Assembly: GCF_009914755.1 (NCBI RefSeq)
Contig: NC_060935.1
Length of the DNA: 64,000 bases
Reading direction: 5' to 3' (one strand)
DNA from: the human T2T-CHM13v2.0 reference genome, Homo sapiens
The notes beneath the pieces were generated by a model. The model saw nothing but the letters and a program-made list of their open reading frames with translations. It was not told the DNA's origin and made no database searches. This document shows, in pieces, positions 1 to 13,038 of the stretch. The first letter of the stretch is position 1. Each line of letters opens with the position of its first letter. Both the position numbers and the translations under genes were made by a program.

Positions 1-208
1 GGATCATATTCTATAGAGATCTGAGGATGGCTGGACACTCGGGAAGGGCCTGGTCACCAGTGAAGTCAAATCCCAAAGGTGACACACTGAGGGGAGGCTC
101 AGCCCCGGGGCCCCCATCCCCTTCACCCCACTGCCTCTGCCCCCAGGGAGGTGAGGGAGGGCTGGGACCCACGGAGGAAACAGCCAAGGCCCTACTTTTT
201 CACGATCC

Positions 209-214
209 TTTATT
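209..214 (-). terminator. Polyadenylation signal AATAAA
   Basis: Plus-strand tttatt at 209-214, at the end of an A-rich UTR block; a second AATAAA lies at 418-423. Confidence 0.7.
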
Positions 215-867
215 AATCAGAACAGGCGTTGCCACAAAAAGCAGGGCCCATTCCCACAAAAATATGATTTTGCAAAGAGGAAATCTTGCTGGCTTAGAGG
301 GTATGTGTGGTGGAAAAATTTTGTATGGTTCTTTTTTTCCTGTTTTTTTTTTTTCTTCAGTTTTTCTTCATTTCTCTTCGCTGCAAAATTTTTTTTTTTG
401 TGATGGTGGGTTTTTGTTTTATTTTTTATAAAACACTTGCACTCAAGAACATACAAACAGTGGCCACCAATCCCCACCCCTGGGGCTCCGGGGAGCCCCC
501 CTGGCTTGTTTGTGGCTGTTTTCCTCTGTCCCTTCCCTGGCATCTGGTGCCAGAGGGCAGGTGCGGGGGTCCTGGGGCGGGTGGAATTTGTACAGCACTT
601 TCATGGGGAGATGGTCACAAGAAAGGAAACCAGGACAAGATAAGGACTAAGTCTAGGGCACCCACAAAGATGGCAGACGAAGCCCATGAAAGGGCCTGCG
701 ACAGAGTGAAGAGACGGATGGGCCTGCGTTGGCCTCAGCTAGCTCTGGAGGCTCTGTGGGGGAGGGGCAGGTGGGCCTTGCAGTCAGGATTCGGTAATTA
801 CACTTTGCTCACGGGTAGCACCTTCGGAGTCCTCCTGCCTTGACCCCCAGGTCAGGTGATGGTGGCC

Positions 868-965
868 TCACAACCTCCCCTATGAGGTAGGTGAAGTATT
901 ATTACCATCATTTTACAGATGGGGAAACCGAGGCCCAGGGAGTGCGGGTGACTTGCCCAAAGTCC
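868..965 (-). mobile_element. MIR fragment inside the 3'UTR
   Basis: Core attttacagatggggaaaccgaggcccag...gtgacttgcccaa matches the reverse complement of the MIR core. Confidence 0.8.
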
Positions 966-1978
966 TGGGATGGTGGCAAGGCTCCGGTGCCCTCCCCCCA
1001 CCCTCAAGTTCCCCCATTCTCTGCTCTCCTATTGCCCTAGACCGCCCCCGCCCCATCCCATACCACCCTTACCTCCCGTGCTAGCCTACCCGGCCCTCGG
1101 CCCACCGCTTGCCGCCCCAACATAGCATCCCAGAGCTCCACCTGCACGTGGTGGTGGTGGGGCGCTGGGGAAGCCCAAGCCTGGTCGCTAATGTGCCTGG
1201 GTGGGGTCTGGTTGGGAAGAGACCCCTGCCAGGAGATGCTCTCTGCATAGGATTGGCTAAGAGCTCTGTGGGCGGGGCTCGGGAAAAATGGGGAGCCGTT
1301 GCCCCGCCCACTCGATACAAGTTGGTTGGATCCCCAGGGCGAAGGCGCCTGGAAGGTGGGGGCTGGCTCACTGGGCGGTCTTCCGCGGGGCAGGCGGGTG
1401 GTGGGGGGACAGGAAACCGAGGCGGATCCAAGAGAGGAGTGGAGAAGGGCAGATCCCCTCCTCCGCTCAAGACTTCCCACCACACTCTCTCCCACGTCCA
1501 CGAGGCCTCGGGGTCGCTGCCCTCCCGTCCCGGCTGGGGGCCGCTCCCCAGCCCGCCAAAGAGGAGGATGCAGTTGGGGCCGACCCCATTTTAAGCAAAG
1601 CTACAATATAGAAACATTTGGATTTACAAGGAACGTGGGTGACTATTTGCTTTACATTAGCATTCTTCACTCTACAAAACGATTCACCTACTATGTATGA
1701 TGTTCCTCCAGATCCCAGGGAGAGGAAATGGTGGGGGTGTGCGATTTAATTTCAGAAAATTTCGGTATGGGCAAAAGGCGACCCGTCTACTGCAGCAAGC
1801 AGAATGCTCAGCTCAAGGGGAAGCCGTTCGAAGGAAAATGGTTCCCAAATGCCAATGGTCTCCCCACGCCCTGGATGTGGGGACCCTATCCAGAGTCCCC
1901 TTCTTCTCTTTGGGGTGTCACAGGCCCATCCAGAGTGGAACTGGGGGCTAAGACCACGGCCACAGACTGTGGGGGCCT

Positions 1979-1993
1979 GGCGCCACCTGGCGG
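1979..1993 (-). promoter_or_regulatory. CTCF consensus motif
   Basis: Minus strand reads CCGCCAGGTGGCGCC, matching CCRSYAGRKGGCRS. Confidence 0.65.
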
Positions 1994-3506
1994 TAGTTCT
2001 GGGAATGTCAGGCCCAGGCTCGTGGACCCCCAGGATTGGAGGCTTTGTCACCAGCTGGGTCTTGTATCAATACCAGGACCAGCGTGGGGATGAGAGGGCT
2101 TAAGCAGGGATCAGCCTGAAATCTGCCGTCTCCAAGGGGAAGCCAGTTTTAGTCTCATCAGTGGCCGAGGCAGAGAAACCACAGCTTCTTTGTGTGTGGC
2201 AACCTCAGAACTCACAGAATCCTGGTCTTTTCCCTGCCTCCTTTCCCTGCACTGTGAGTGAGTCGGGCAGAAGGAGCTGCTCCCGGGGACCAGGGAGTGG
2301 GGAAGGGTGAGAAGACAGTCCTGGAGAAGGTCAGGTGATGGACGATCAGAGACCACGCACGATGAGACGGAATGAATGGAAGGTCTACAAGCATTGGGGG
2401 ATGGAGGGGTGGAGGAAAGAAGGGTGGAGGTCTGCACAGGCAGGGAGAGATGAGGAAGGGCAGGCAAGCTGGAAAGCATGGAGAATAGGGCAGATGTGGC
2501 TGCGTATGAGGTGTGGGAAGCTGGCGGGGGGTCTTTTGATGAAGGAGTTAGGGCAAAGCTAGTCGGGGCTCGGGACCCCCTGAGAAGGAAGGGAGATGAG
2601 TCCTGGTGGAATGCTATGCACACAGTAGGTGCCTAAAAGGTGTGAGTCAGTGTTCAAGAGATGAAATTGCTGAGGAGGGAACTACTTCAGATTCTGAGCA
2701 GAGGGGGGCACCAAGGGGAGAAGGGGAGGAGACGGGGGGATGGCAGGAGGCAGCCCAGTTCTCAGCCCAGCTCCAGCAACTGCAGCTCTTCTGTTTCTGA
2801 CCTCTGCCTCACCCGACCCCACTCAGCCCTATGGGCCTCTCCTCTCACACCCCCGGCCTCCAACCCTGCCTGGCCTTCACAAAACCTGCCTTCTCTGTAT
2901 AGTCCTCCGCATTTCCAGGCCTCTGTCCCCACGCACACACACAATGGACACAACACGAGTACAAAGGGCCACAGCTCCAGGACCCAGGAGCGGGCTATAT
3001 ACTATCCTCGACATTCAGGGCCCAGCCGGCACCTGAAACTGCCCTGGGGATGGGCCTCTCCTGGCCAGGCCGGGGCCAAACGCCTCAGCCTCCCCTCCCC
3101 GGGTCCACATCGGGGGCTGGAGAGGGAGTGGCCTCTCTCCACTCCAGGTGCTGCCTTAAAGAAAATGGGGGACCATGCCCACCTGGCGGGCCTCTGGAGG
3201 GGTCTGCCTGTCTGGCCGTCTGGCTCTCGAGCTCCCCCAACTTCTTTAGTATTAGTAAGTCAGGAAGAAAAGGGGCAAAGCAGGAAAATGCCTCCCAGAG
3301 CCCCTTCCCCGGAGCTGGACTGTGGGGGATGGGGCTGGTACTTCCTAGAAACGGGGCCCAGTTGAGTCCTGGGACCCCTCCCTGGCTGAGCCCTCAGGGT
3401 CCTCCCCTCCCTATGGCAGGGGGCTCAGGCCGGGCGTTGTGCATAAAGTGGTGAGGGCATGATGGGGACCTGGGCCCTCGGCCCCCTGGGCCTCCCTTGG
3501 CCCCAC

Positions 3507-3611
3507 TCAGGCCTTCAGCTGGTGCCACTGGGCCACGGGCTGCCGGGGACGGGCAATCATGTCCTTCCAGTGCTTCACCTCCCCTGGCCCGCTCTTCCAG
3601 GACAGGTAGAT
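3507..3611 (-). CDS. SYT7: SYT7 last coding exon (C2B end, [34 protein letters not shown])
   Basis: Acceptor ccccag|ATC, 105 nt, WHxL C-terminal motif of synaptotagmins, TGA stop. Confidence 0.98.
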   Translation of the reverse strand: MYLSWKSGPGEVKHWKDMIARPRQPVAQWHQLKA

Positions 3612-4344
3612 CTGGGGAGAAAGGGGAGACGATGGCATCGGCACAGGCTCCAGGGCACTGGCCCTTTCCCCCACAGGGGTGACACCCCAACTCCACCATG
3701 ATACCCTAGCCTGTGGCCCCCCAGCCTCCACATGCTACCCCACAGGTGACAACCTACCCCACAGAGGCGCTCTCCTCCCTCCCCCAGTCAGCCTGATCTA
3801 TTTTCCTGGTTGTCTACCCCCACACCCCCAAGCCTGGGCATGCCAGGCCTCTCGGAATTAGACTGCCAACCTATTTTGCAGTGGGGTCTGGAAGGTGGGG
3901 TTGGAGGCAGCTTGTCTCCATGGCCTTCCCTGCCCTATCTGTTGGGTGATGTCCAGCCCCCCTGAATTATAATCATTCCCAACTCCTGGGCACTTGCTAC
4001 ATGTGAGTACTGAGCTAGGGACTTCATACACATAGATCATCAAATCCTACAACTGTGAGGTAGGATTATATGATTATCTCCATTTTTCAGATGGGGAAAC
4101 TAAGGTACAAAGAGTTAAGAGACTTACCCACAGTCACAGGGTTTATAAGTGGTGCAGAGGGATTGAAATCCAGGTCTTTGGAGCTCTATGCTACCGGCCT
4201 AATCCTGCTTCGCAGCCTCACCCGGCTGCATGCATGAATCCCTCCGGAACCCCCAGGATTGGCCCAGCTGACCTCAGCTTTGGGACTTGGGGGTGATTAA
4301 GAGTATGAGCATTGGAGAAAAAACAGGTACATGGGGCCTTCTAT

Positions 4345-4697
4345 AGGACACCCGGCCAGTATTCCTTAAGACCGTTAAGATCATAGAGAATGGGAAAGAC
4401 TGAGAAACTGTCATGGGCCAGAGGGGACAGGGGAGACATGCCTATTAAATGCAATGTGGTGTCCTGGATTGGATGCTGGGACAGAAGGAGGACATTAACG
4501 GAAAGACTGGTGAAATACAAATAACGGCCGGAGTCTAGTTCACAGCAACGCAGTGCCCATGTTGGTTCCTCAAGCTGTGACGAATGTCCCATCAAATGTG
4601 AGACGCTAACAACTGGGGAGGCTGCGTAAGGGGTAGATGGGAACTCTCTCTACTATCTTTGCCACTTTTCTGTAAATCTAAAATTATTCAAAAATAG
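4345..4697 (+). mobile_element. Ancient L1M (L1MC/MD-type) 3'-end fragment
   Basis: Ends in gggaactctctctactatctttgccacttttctgtaaatctaaaattatt, typical of L1M 3' ends; subfamily uncertain. Confidence 0.7.
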
Positions 4698-5042
<345 letters not shown>

Positions 5043-5094
5043 AATAAACAGTGTATTTTTTTTTTTTTTTAAAAAGGATGGTTGTGGCCTCAGT

Positions 5095-5387
5095 GGAGGA
5101 GTACAGTGGCTGACGCCCGTAATCCCAGCACTGTAGGAGGCCAAAGTGGGAGAATCACTTGAGCCCAGGAGTTTGAGACCAGATTGGGTAATATGGTGAA
5201 ACCTCATCTTTACAAAAAATACAAAAAAATTAGCTGGGCATGGTGGTACGTGCCTGGAGTCCCAGCCACTTGGGGACTGAGGTGGGAGGATCACATGAGC
5301 CTGGGGAGGTCGAGGCTGCAGTCAGCCATGATTGTGCCACTGCACTCCAGCCTGGACTACAGTGAGACTCTGTCTAAAAAAAAAAAA
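5095..5387 (+). mobile_element. Alu (J-like)
   Basis: gtggctgacgcccgtaatcccagcac...gaggctgcagtcagccatgattgtgccactgcactccagcc, followed by an A tail. Confidence 0.93.
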
Positions 5388-5395
5388 GATAGGGA

Positions 5396-5753
<358 letters not shown>

Positions 5754-7009
5754 TTAGCCCCAGACCTTCCTCTGTAAAGCGGGCTGATGACTGTACCTGC
5801 CTCACAGATAGCTGGGATGGTGCATGTCATGTGCTCAGCTGGGAACAGTGGCCTGCCTCTGTGTGGTGAGTTCTCTCAGCCAGCGGCTCCATCCTGCTGG
5901 AGCTGGTTAACTATTCGGAGGTCACGGAGCTCTAGGGCCACTGTGGGCCTGCCCTGCTCTGGGATTGCCCCCATGGCAACCTCAGCCCAGCATGATACTG
6001 ATAGCCTTGGATGATGCCAGGCAGACAAGGGGCAGACTCTTGGCTTCCAGGGGCTGAGCAGGAGCTGGGAGTCAGAAGGATTCAGAGATCCTTGGGCTCC
6101 GTAAGTTACCAGGCCAAAGTGAGAACAAATCCACATTTGCTTTGGTTCAGCCAACAGAAGGTAGGCCTGTTTCAGAAGGAGCTCTAATTGGTATCTAAGG
6201 AACATCCGACACCAAGAGGCGAAGCTTCAAAAGAACATCAAAGGAGATATGGTCACTTGGCCTTTGGGCTGAGCTGGTCAAACGGGGTGCTTGGCAAGAC
6301 CCGAGCCCTGGCCAGGGAGGGCCACATACTTTTTCTGGAGTATGAGTGGCAATGTCCTGGGGAGTTGTCTCACCTGTGACCACAGATTGGCCAGTCATAC
6401 TCCCCGTGCCATACCTGATGGCAAGCAGGGGAAGCTCTCCTCTTTTAGGCCAGGCTGCTTCCCTCACCCCAGCAGGTGAGTTCTCCATTCCCATCTGTCT
6501 GAGGGTTGCCTCCAACTCAGCTCCCTTCCCTGTGGGTATCCAGTCCCCCTTTCCCTTTCCCCCACACAGGATAATGCCCAGGTATGTGCCCCTCACTCAC
6601 TCCTGGCATCTCCCCTTCCTCCATGACTGCCCTGAGCACTGGTTCCTCACATACTCCTGGTCAAACTGTCCTGCCTGAATGGATATACATGCCCCTTTAT
6701 TATCATACTAGCTAACATATGTTCCAAGTCCTATGCTAAACAGCTCACCTGTGTGATCTTACTTAATCCTCTCAGCACATTGTAAGGGTAGGACCATCCC
6801 ACTCTCATTTTGAGAGGAGAAAATGAGGCTCAGAGAGGTTACAGCGTTAAAAAGTAACGCTAGGATTTGGACCCAGGCAATCTGACTCCCGAGCCCATGC
6901 TCTCAACACTAAACCATAAATAAACACAGGAGTAGACATTTTAAGGTAGAAGCATGGAAGGGTTTATGTCACAGAATCCCGTCCTGGGAAAACTCAAGGT
7001 CAGGTATGA

Positions 7010-7342
<333 letters not shown>

Positions 7343-7927
7343 AACTTTCTACAAGAAGAACATCCACATACCTCAAGCAATTCTTACGCCACCCTGTAAA
7401 GTTCTACAGGGACAGTATTAGTTGCTCCATTTTACAGATGAGAACACTAAAGCTTGGAGAGGCCGAGCCACTTGCCCAAGGTGATATGGTTGTTTATCGG
7501 CAGATGGAGTGGGAACTGAAACGAGGTCTTTGGAGTCTGACTGCAGCTCCCAACACTGCCCCACGCAGCTCACCCTGTGCAGGTGGGACCCCGGGCAATA
7601 CTGCTCCAACGTCATCATCCTGTCCAGTAAACCTTTCTTTTGAGATCCAGGCCATTCCTCTCTTGCACTCCTTTTCTCCCTGCTCAGCTGGCAGTCTGTC
7701 CTGAGCTGACTTACCCATAGGAGGACACTCAGAGAGGAACCCTAGGGAGGGGGTCATCTCATCCCCTTATTTTTGGATGAAGAAACAGAGGCCTGAGAGG
7801 AGAGGAGACTGATCCCAATCTCTCCTGGTGTCCAGCCTGTGCCCGTCCACTACCCCCGCTGCTTCTTTTAAGGAACGGAGCCTCACTGGTGCCAGCAGGT
7901 GCACCACACCACCTGCCTCGCCCCTAC

Positions 7928-8127
7928 CTTGCCGATGACGTCATTGCGGCTGAGCTTGTCCTTGTCCATGACAGTGATGATGATGGTCGTCTCCCTCAGC
8001 TTCTCCGTGGGGATATCGAAGGCGAAGGACTCATTGAAGATGGGGTTCAGGTTCCTCTTCATCGTCACCGTCTTCTTCTTCTCCACCCGCTTGTCCTTGT
8101 ACATCAGCCATACCTTCACGTAGGGGT
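7928..8127 (-). CDS. SYT7: SYT7 C2B exon ([20 protein letters not shown]...RNDVIGK)
   Basis: tag|AC ... AAG|gtaggg, 200 nt, polybasic KKKT and DKD..ND Ca2+ ligands. Confidence 0.98.
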
Positions 8128-8679
8128 CTAGGGGAGGGAGTGGGGAAGGGTTAGAGGGACCATGGGGGAGGGACTTCCTAGGATCCTTTTCCCCTTCCAG
8201 GAATGGAAGCTGAGGCAGGAGGGCCGTGTGCTTTCCCCAGAGGCAAGGAAAGACCCAGGCAAGAACAAGAGGGACCTGGGAGAATCAGCAGATGGACCTT
8301 AGCGATCACCTGGGGCCCTCCTATTACTACCAATGAGGAAACTGAGCCCCAGAGAGGCCAGGTCTTGCCCAAAATCTCAGACAAGTAGCATCAGAGCTGG
8401 GGATAGAACCCAGGTCTTCCCACAATGTTCCCTCTTTCTGATTCTTGGAAGAACATAGTCCAGGATGATGCTGACATCTTGATTCTTGAACAGAGTCCGA
8501 GATGAGGGTGCTCCAAAGGGGGGCCCCAGGGTCTCTAGGGTAAGGAGTGAGGACTGGAGGTCGGGGTGTGGCGGGTTGGGGTGAGGACCACTGCAGACCC
8601 TGCTCTCCACATCCGGTGTAAACCTTGTGTCACCAGCACCTCCCCGGCCCGCCCATCCTCTGCTGGAGAAGCCCCGTAC

Positions 8680-8794
8680 CTGATGTGCCCCCGATGTCCA
8701 TGGCTTTGAGGTTCCGGGCTTTGATGATGTTCACGATGATGGAGTTGGCAGAGGGGTTGTAGCAGAGAGACAAGAGCAGCTCCCCTCGGCTCCC
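8680..8794 (-). CDS. SYT7: SYT7 C2B first exon ([38 protein letters not shown])
   Basis: cag|GGG ... TCAG|gtacgg, 115 nt, translated by hand (absent from ORF track). Confidence 0.97.
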
Positions 8795-9215
8795 CTGGGA
8801 GGCACGACAGGAGGGGTGTGGGGAACTAGGCTAGCAGAGCTCTCTGATTGGCCTAGCTGCCCCCAGGTCCCCTCTACCCTGACCTTGGTGCTTACCCATG
8901 CCCCTGTCTGTCACCTCTGTCTCACTCTGTCTCCCCCCATCTGGCAGGTGTGTGTACTGCCCCTCCCAGGGTCACCATCGCCTCCCTGTTCCCTGAACAT
9001 AGCCCTAGGTTCCTTCTTACAGATCGGGTGAGTCCCCCCAAGTGCCAAGCACCAATGTTCTGACTGCTAGCGAGGGCTGAGCTCCATCGGGTCCACCCAT
9101 CTGCACCCTCTCCCACAGCCCTCCTGGCCTTCCTAAGGTTGACAAGGGTCTGGGACCAGATCTCCCAGCCCTGCCCTGCTGCCTGTCCAGCTAAGACCCA
9201 CCCATGGGGCCTTAC

Positions 9216-9385
9216 ACTCCCATCGCTGCATGGCTTCAGATCCTTCCAGAAGGTCTGCATCTGGGTCAGGTCCACCTTGTTAAGGGGGATGGACACCTCC
9301 CCGATGGGGTCGTTGCGGCTGAAGCGGTCATAGTCCAGGACTTGGAGGTAGAGGATCCTCTGCACCACCTTCTCATAGGGAAAAC
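9216..9385 (-). CDS. SYT7: SYT7 C2A second exon ([30 protein letters not shown]...SDGS)
   Basis: cag|GT ... AGT|gtaagg, 170 nt, DYDRFSRND Ca2+-binding loop. Confidence 0.98.
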
Positions 9386-9899
9386 CTGGGGGTATAGATG
9401 AGTGTGAGTGAAGAGGGGGACAGAGGGGCTGCACGGGGCCCGGGAGGCAAGGAAGGCCCTGGGAAGAGGAGGCAGGCCCTGTGCCCTCCCGCTGCCACCC
9501 CACCGGGCCAGCAGGCACACCGGATTGCAATTAGACCTTACTGAAGTGCTAGCAAGAACTGTCACCGTCTCATGGGATTCCCTCAACAATTCTCCAAGGT
9601 GAATGGCATCTCGTCCATCTTACAGATGAGGCTCAGACGGCTTAAAGTACTTGCCCAGACTCCCAGCTAGTAAAGAGTAGAACTGCGATCATCCATTCAC
9701 CCATGCACCTTGTGTCCATCTCAGTGGCTGAGCAGCCTCTGCCAATCGTCCCGAGGCGGGTCTGGGCAAGTGGCTCTGTCTAGGTGGCCACAGCTGCCAG
9801 TACGCAGGCCCCAGGACTCAGGGCAGAGGGACATGGGGAAGCATCGGTGGGAGGGAAAAGGCAAAGGCACAGAAGCAGGAGGTGACAAGTGTCCTGTGA

Positions 9900-10640
9900 C
9901 TCCACACCCCTCTCCTCCTGCCTGTGCTTCCATCCTTCCTACCGCAGCGTCCCCTTCTCTACTGCCACCTCCCTCATCCGAGCCGCTGGCACCTCTTGCC
10001 TAGGCAGCTGCAAGTGTCTCCAAACCGCCCTCCCCGCATCCACGCTTTCTCCTACCGTCCATTCTCAATGCGGCAGCCAGAGAGACCTTTTAAAAATAGA
10101 AATTCCATCATGATATGCTCCTGCTTAAAGCCTTTCAATGGCTCCCAGTGCACTTAGAATAAAAGCCGGGCACCCTACCTTGGCTTCAAGTCCTTCCACA
10201 ATTTGGCCCGGCTGTCCTCTCCCTGCTTGGCTTGTGACCTCTCTTCACTCAATGACTGGGCTCCAGCCACATCGGCCTCCTTCCTGGCCCTTCAACACCC
10301 CGACTCCTCCCGCCTCAGGGCCGGGCGCACACTGGCCCCATCATGACCCCCCTCCTGGCTACTCTCATCCTTCAGGTCTCAGCATTCTTTCCTGGCACCC
10401 CAGAGAGTGTCGGATCCCATTATCCGCTCTAGCACCTTTTTTTCCGCAAAACATAACACACGCGGTAATAGATTTCTCTGTCTCTTTCCCTGATTTTTGT
10501 CTGGCTCTCCCGGAAGGCAAGGATTCCCACAAAGGCCTCTCTGTTACCAACCACTGGCTCTCGGTGCCTAACACCGCTTCTGGCACATAGTAGGCACTCA
10601 ATACATATTTGTTAAGTGAATGCATAATTGAACAGATGAA
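9900..10640 (+). mobile_element. L2 3' fragment
   Basis: cctgcttaaagcctttcaatggctcccagtgcacttagaataaaa and terminal ggcacatagtaggcactcaatacatatttgttaagtgaatg are L2 3'-end hallmarks. Confidence 0.8.
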
Positions 10641-12109
10641 TCAATGCCAATGAAATGGCCTGATGGAGCAGCAGGACTGTGCTGAGGTGAGGTGTCCGCT
10701 AAGGTCAGAGGGAGAGGAGCAGAAGGGGCTTGGATGGGATGCAGAAGGGAAGAGGGGGCCAGGTGAAGGTCTGAAGCCAGGAGTCATTAGCTCTTTGGAG
10801 GCTTAGTCAGAGGTGGGACTGGCCCAGGAGGTGCCGGGGGGCACAGGCCAGCCTGGAGGCCTGAGGTGAGGAGATTCTGAAACCAGGTATGAGCAGGAAG
10901 GAGGACGCCTGGAACCTCAGCCTGGCTGGTGCAGAAGATGAAGGGAAGGAGGAGCTCTAGAAGATTCCAGCACCTTCCCCCAGAGACTCTGGAAGCACCG
11001 AGGAGCTCTGACAGGAGCAGGTGAGCTGGAAGAGGAGACTCTGAATTTGTTCAGGGTCCCTTTCCTCATATTGTGGGAAGCTGTGTCTTGCTTATTTCAG
11101 AGCCTCCCAGGGACCTTGCCCAGGGGACCCTTGGCATCAATTTAGGTAAAATGCATGAGGACAAGTGTTCTGGGAATATTGGAAGCTCCAAGAGGTCACT
11201 GCACCCCAGTCAGCTCTCATCAACACCAGAGGAGGCAGGCTCCTAGCTGGCAAACTCCTACTCATCCATCAGAACCCATTTTGAATGGCCCCTCTTCTGG
11301 GAAATGTTCTTCAGCACCACCAAAGGGAGCTCATACTGGCTTCCTGCAGCTCCTGTCATGCTGTGTGTGGCTGAGTTATCTACACATCTGGGTCTCCATT
11401 AGGCCAGAAATGCCCTGAGGGCCATAATGGTGCCTCATTCTTTTCTACATCCCCAGTACGTAGAAGAGTGCCCAGCTCATGGCTGTTGCTGGGTACATGC
11501 TCGTGGAAGAGACCGGAGGATTGGAGTTCTGCTCAAAAACTTCGCCCTGCCAGCTGCCTACATATACCTCCAGACAGCTGAACCTCTTGCTGGTTGAGCT
11601 ATCTCTAAACGGGCCCTCATGGTGCCTGCAAAGGAGGGCGTCCAGAAACACATGGACACTCACTGCTCACCCTCAGTGCCATTTAGTGGGTGACCTGGCT
11701 GTCATCTTGCAGAAGAGGTGGGGTGCTAAGTGGCTGGGAAGGCAGGTGGGGAAAGGTCCCTGGGGTACACGGTGAAGATTCTGGAAGGCTAGGGCTTGGG
11801 GCAGCTGGGGTAGGGATTTACTCTCCCTGGTTGAACCGGGGGCCATTGGCAAAGGGTTACGGTTTGTCTAAGCGGGGTCCTGGCACCCAAAGGCCCTGGG
11901 ATAGAAATCACTCCTTAATCACACGCCCAGCTTCCTGGTTACCTTGAATCCTCAGAGATAAGAGATAAAGACCGGCCTTCAGAGAGGGCTTGCAGGAGAG
12001 AGAAAGGACATTTGTCTCAGCGGCCTCCAGGCATGGTTCAGAGCTGTGGTTCCCGTCCCATGCGGGGGAGGGGGTCAGAGAACGGCAACAGATGGAGTGT
12101 GTTTAACAA

Positions 12110-12320
12110 CCTGGTATTAAGCATTTGCTGGGTGTCAGGCACTGTTCTAAGTGCTTTTACAATTCACTCATTTATTGAACCCTCGCTGTTATTATCTCTA
12201 TTTTGTAGATGAGGAAACCAAGTCATAGGGAGGCTCAGGAACTTGCCCAAGGTCACGCAGCGAGTAAGTGGCAAGAGCTGGGATTCAAACCCAGGCAGCC
12301 TGGGCCACAGCCTGTGCACT
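12110..12320 (-). mobile_element. MIR
   Basis: tctattttgtagatgaggaaac...acttgcccaaggtcacgcagcgagtaagtggcaagagctgggattcaaacccaggcag. Confidence 0.85.
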
Positions 12321-12767
12321 GAACCACTATGATCTGGTGGCTCCAGAGTGCTCCAGCTCTGAGTCCTACGGGTGCCTCCCTCCCTCCCTGCCCTCCTCAG
12401 GATGAGCTCTGTGGCTGGGCTGAAACACCAGGCGGTGGCCCAGCTTCCCTCCTCGGCCTCTGGCTGTGATGCTGGCTCCATTGGGCTCCTGTGACCTGAT
12501 CCCAACTAGACACAAAACGCATCAGGTTAACCGGGCCAGGACGTTGCCTGTGTGGGCGTGTGCGAGAGCACATGTGTGGATCTGTGCCTGTGCACACATG
12601 CAGGTGTGCACATAAGTGTATCTGCTTGCATGTGTGTTTGTGCATTTGTGGGCCTGCAGGTGTGTGTACACATATGTGTCTGTGCATGTGGCCACATGTG
12701 TGGTTGGGTAGGGGGATGGTAGACAGCAAGAGGTGACCATGGCGGGGGAAGGTGGCACTAGACTCAC

Positions 12768-13038
12768 CTTCAAAGAGGAAGGTCTCGTTCCAGTGGGGGT
12801 TCAGGTTCTTCCGCTTCACCTTGGTCTCCAGCTTGTGCTTCTTGTCGGGCAGCAGGTAGATCTTGACGAAGGGGTCGCTGGTGCCGCTGAAGTCCTTGGC
12901 CGGCAGCTCCTGGGCCTTCATGATCTTCACGGTGAGCGTGGACTCCTGGAAGTTGTAGCCGACACTGAACTGGATCCGGCCCAGGTTCTCTCGGCTGCAA
13001 CCCTCGTGGGCCTCATCCTCCTCGGAGCCTGGGGAGAG
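12768..13038 (-). CDS. SYT7: SYT7 C2A first exon ([33 protein letters not shown]...NETFLFE)
   Basis: cag|CTC ... GAAG|gtgagt, 271 nt, [13 protein letters not shown]2 signature. Confidence 0.98.

Larger units (their letters stand above)
190..3506 (-). other. SYT7: SYT7 3'UTR (~3.3 kb to the AATAAA at 209-214)
   Basis: Follows the TGA at 3507-3509. The 3' boundary is inferred from AATAAA at 209-214 and is approximate. Confidence 0.8.

Noticed and set aside
217-543. 108-aa Lys-rich minus ORF in the 3'UTR
   Set aside because: Lys/Asn runs come from A-tracts in the UTR; there is no domain and it lies far downstream of the SYT7 stop. The A-tracts can also cause oligo-dT mispriming artefacts.
3500-3509. 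Stop-codon readthrough of SYT7
   Set aside because: Context is TGA-GTG, not the TGA-CTAG readthrough motif.
11310-11330. RE1-like TTCAGCACC (also at ~49323)
   Set aside because: Left half-site only; the GGACAG half is missing.
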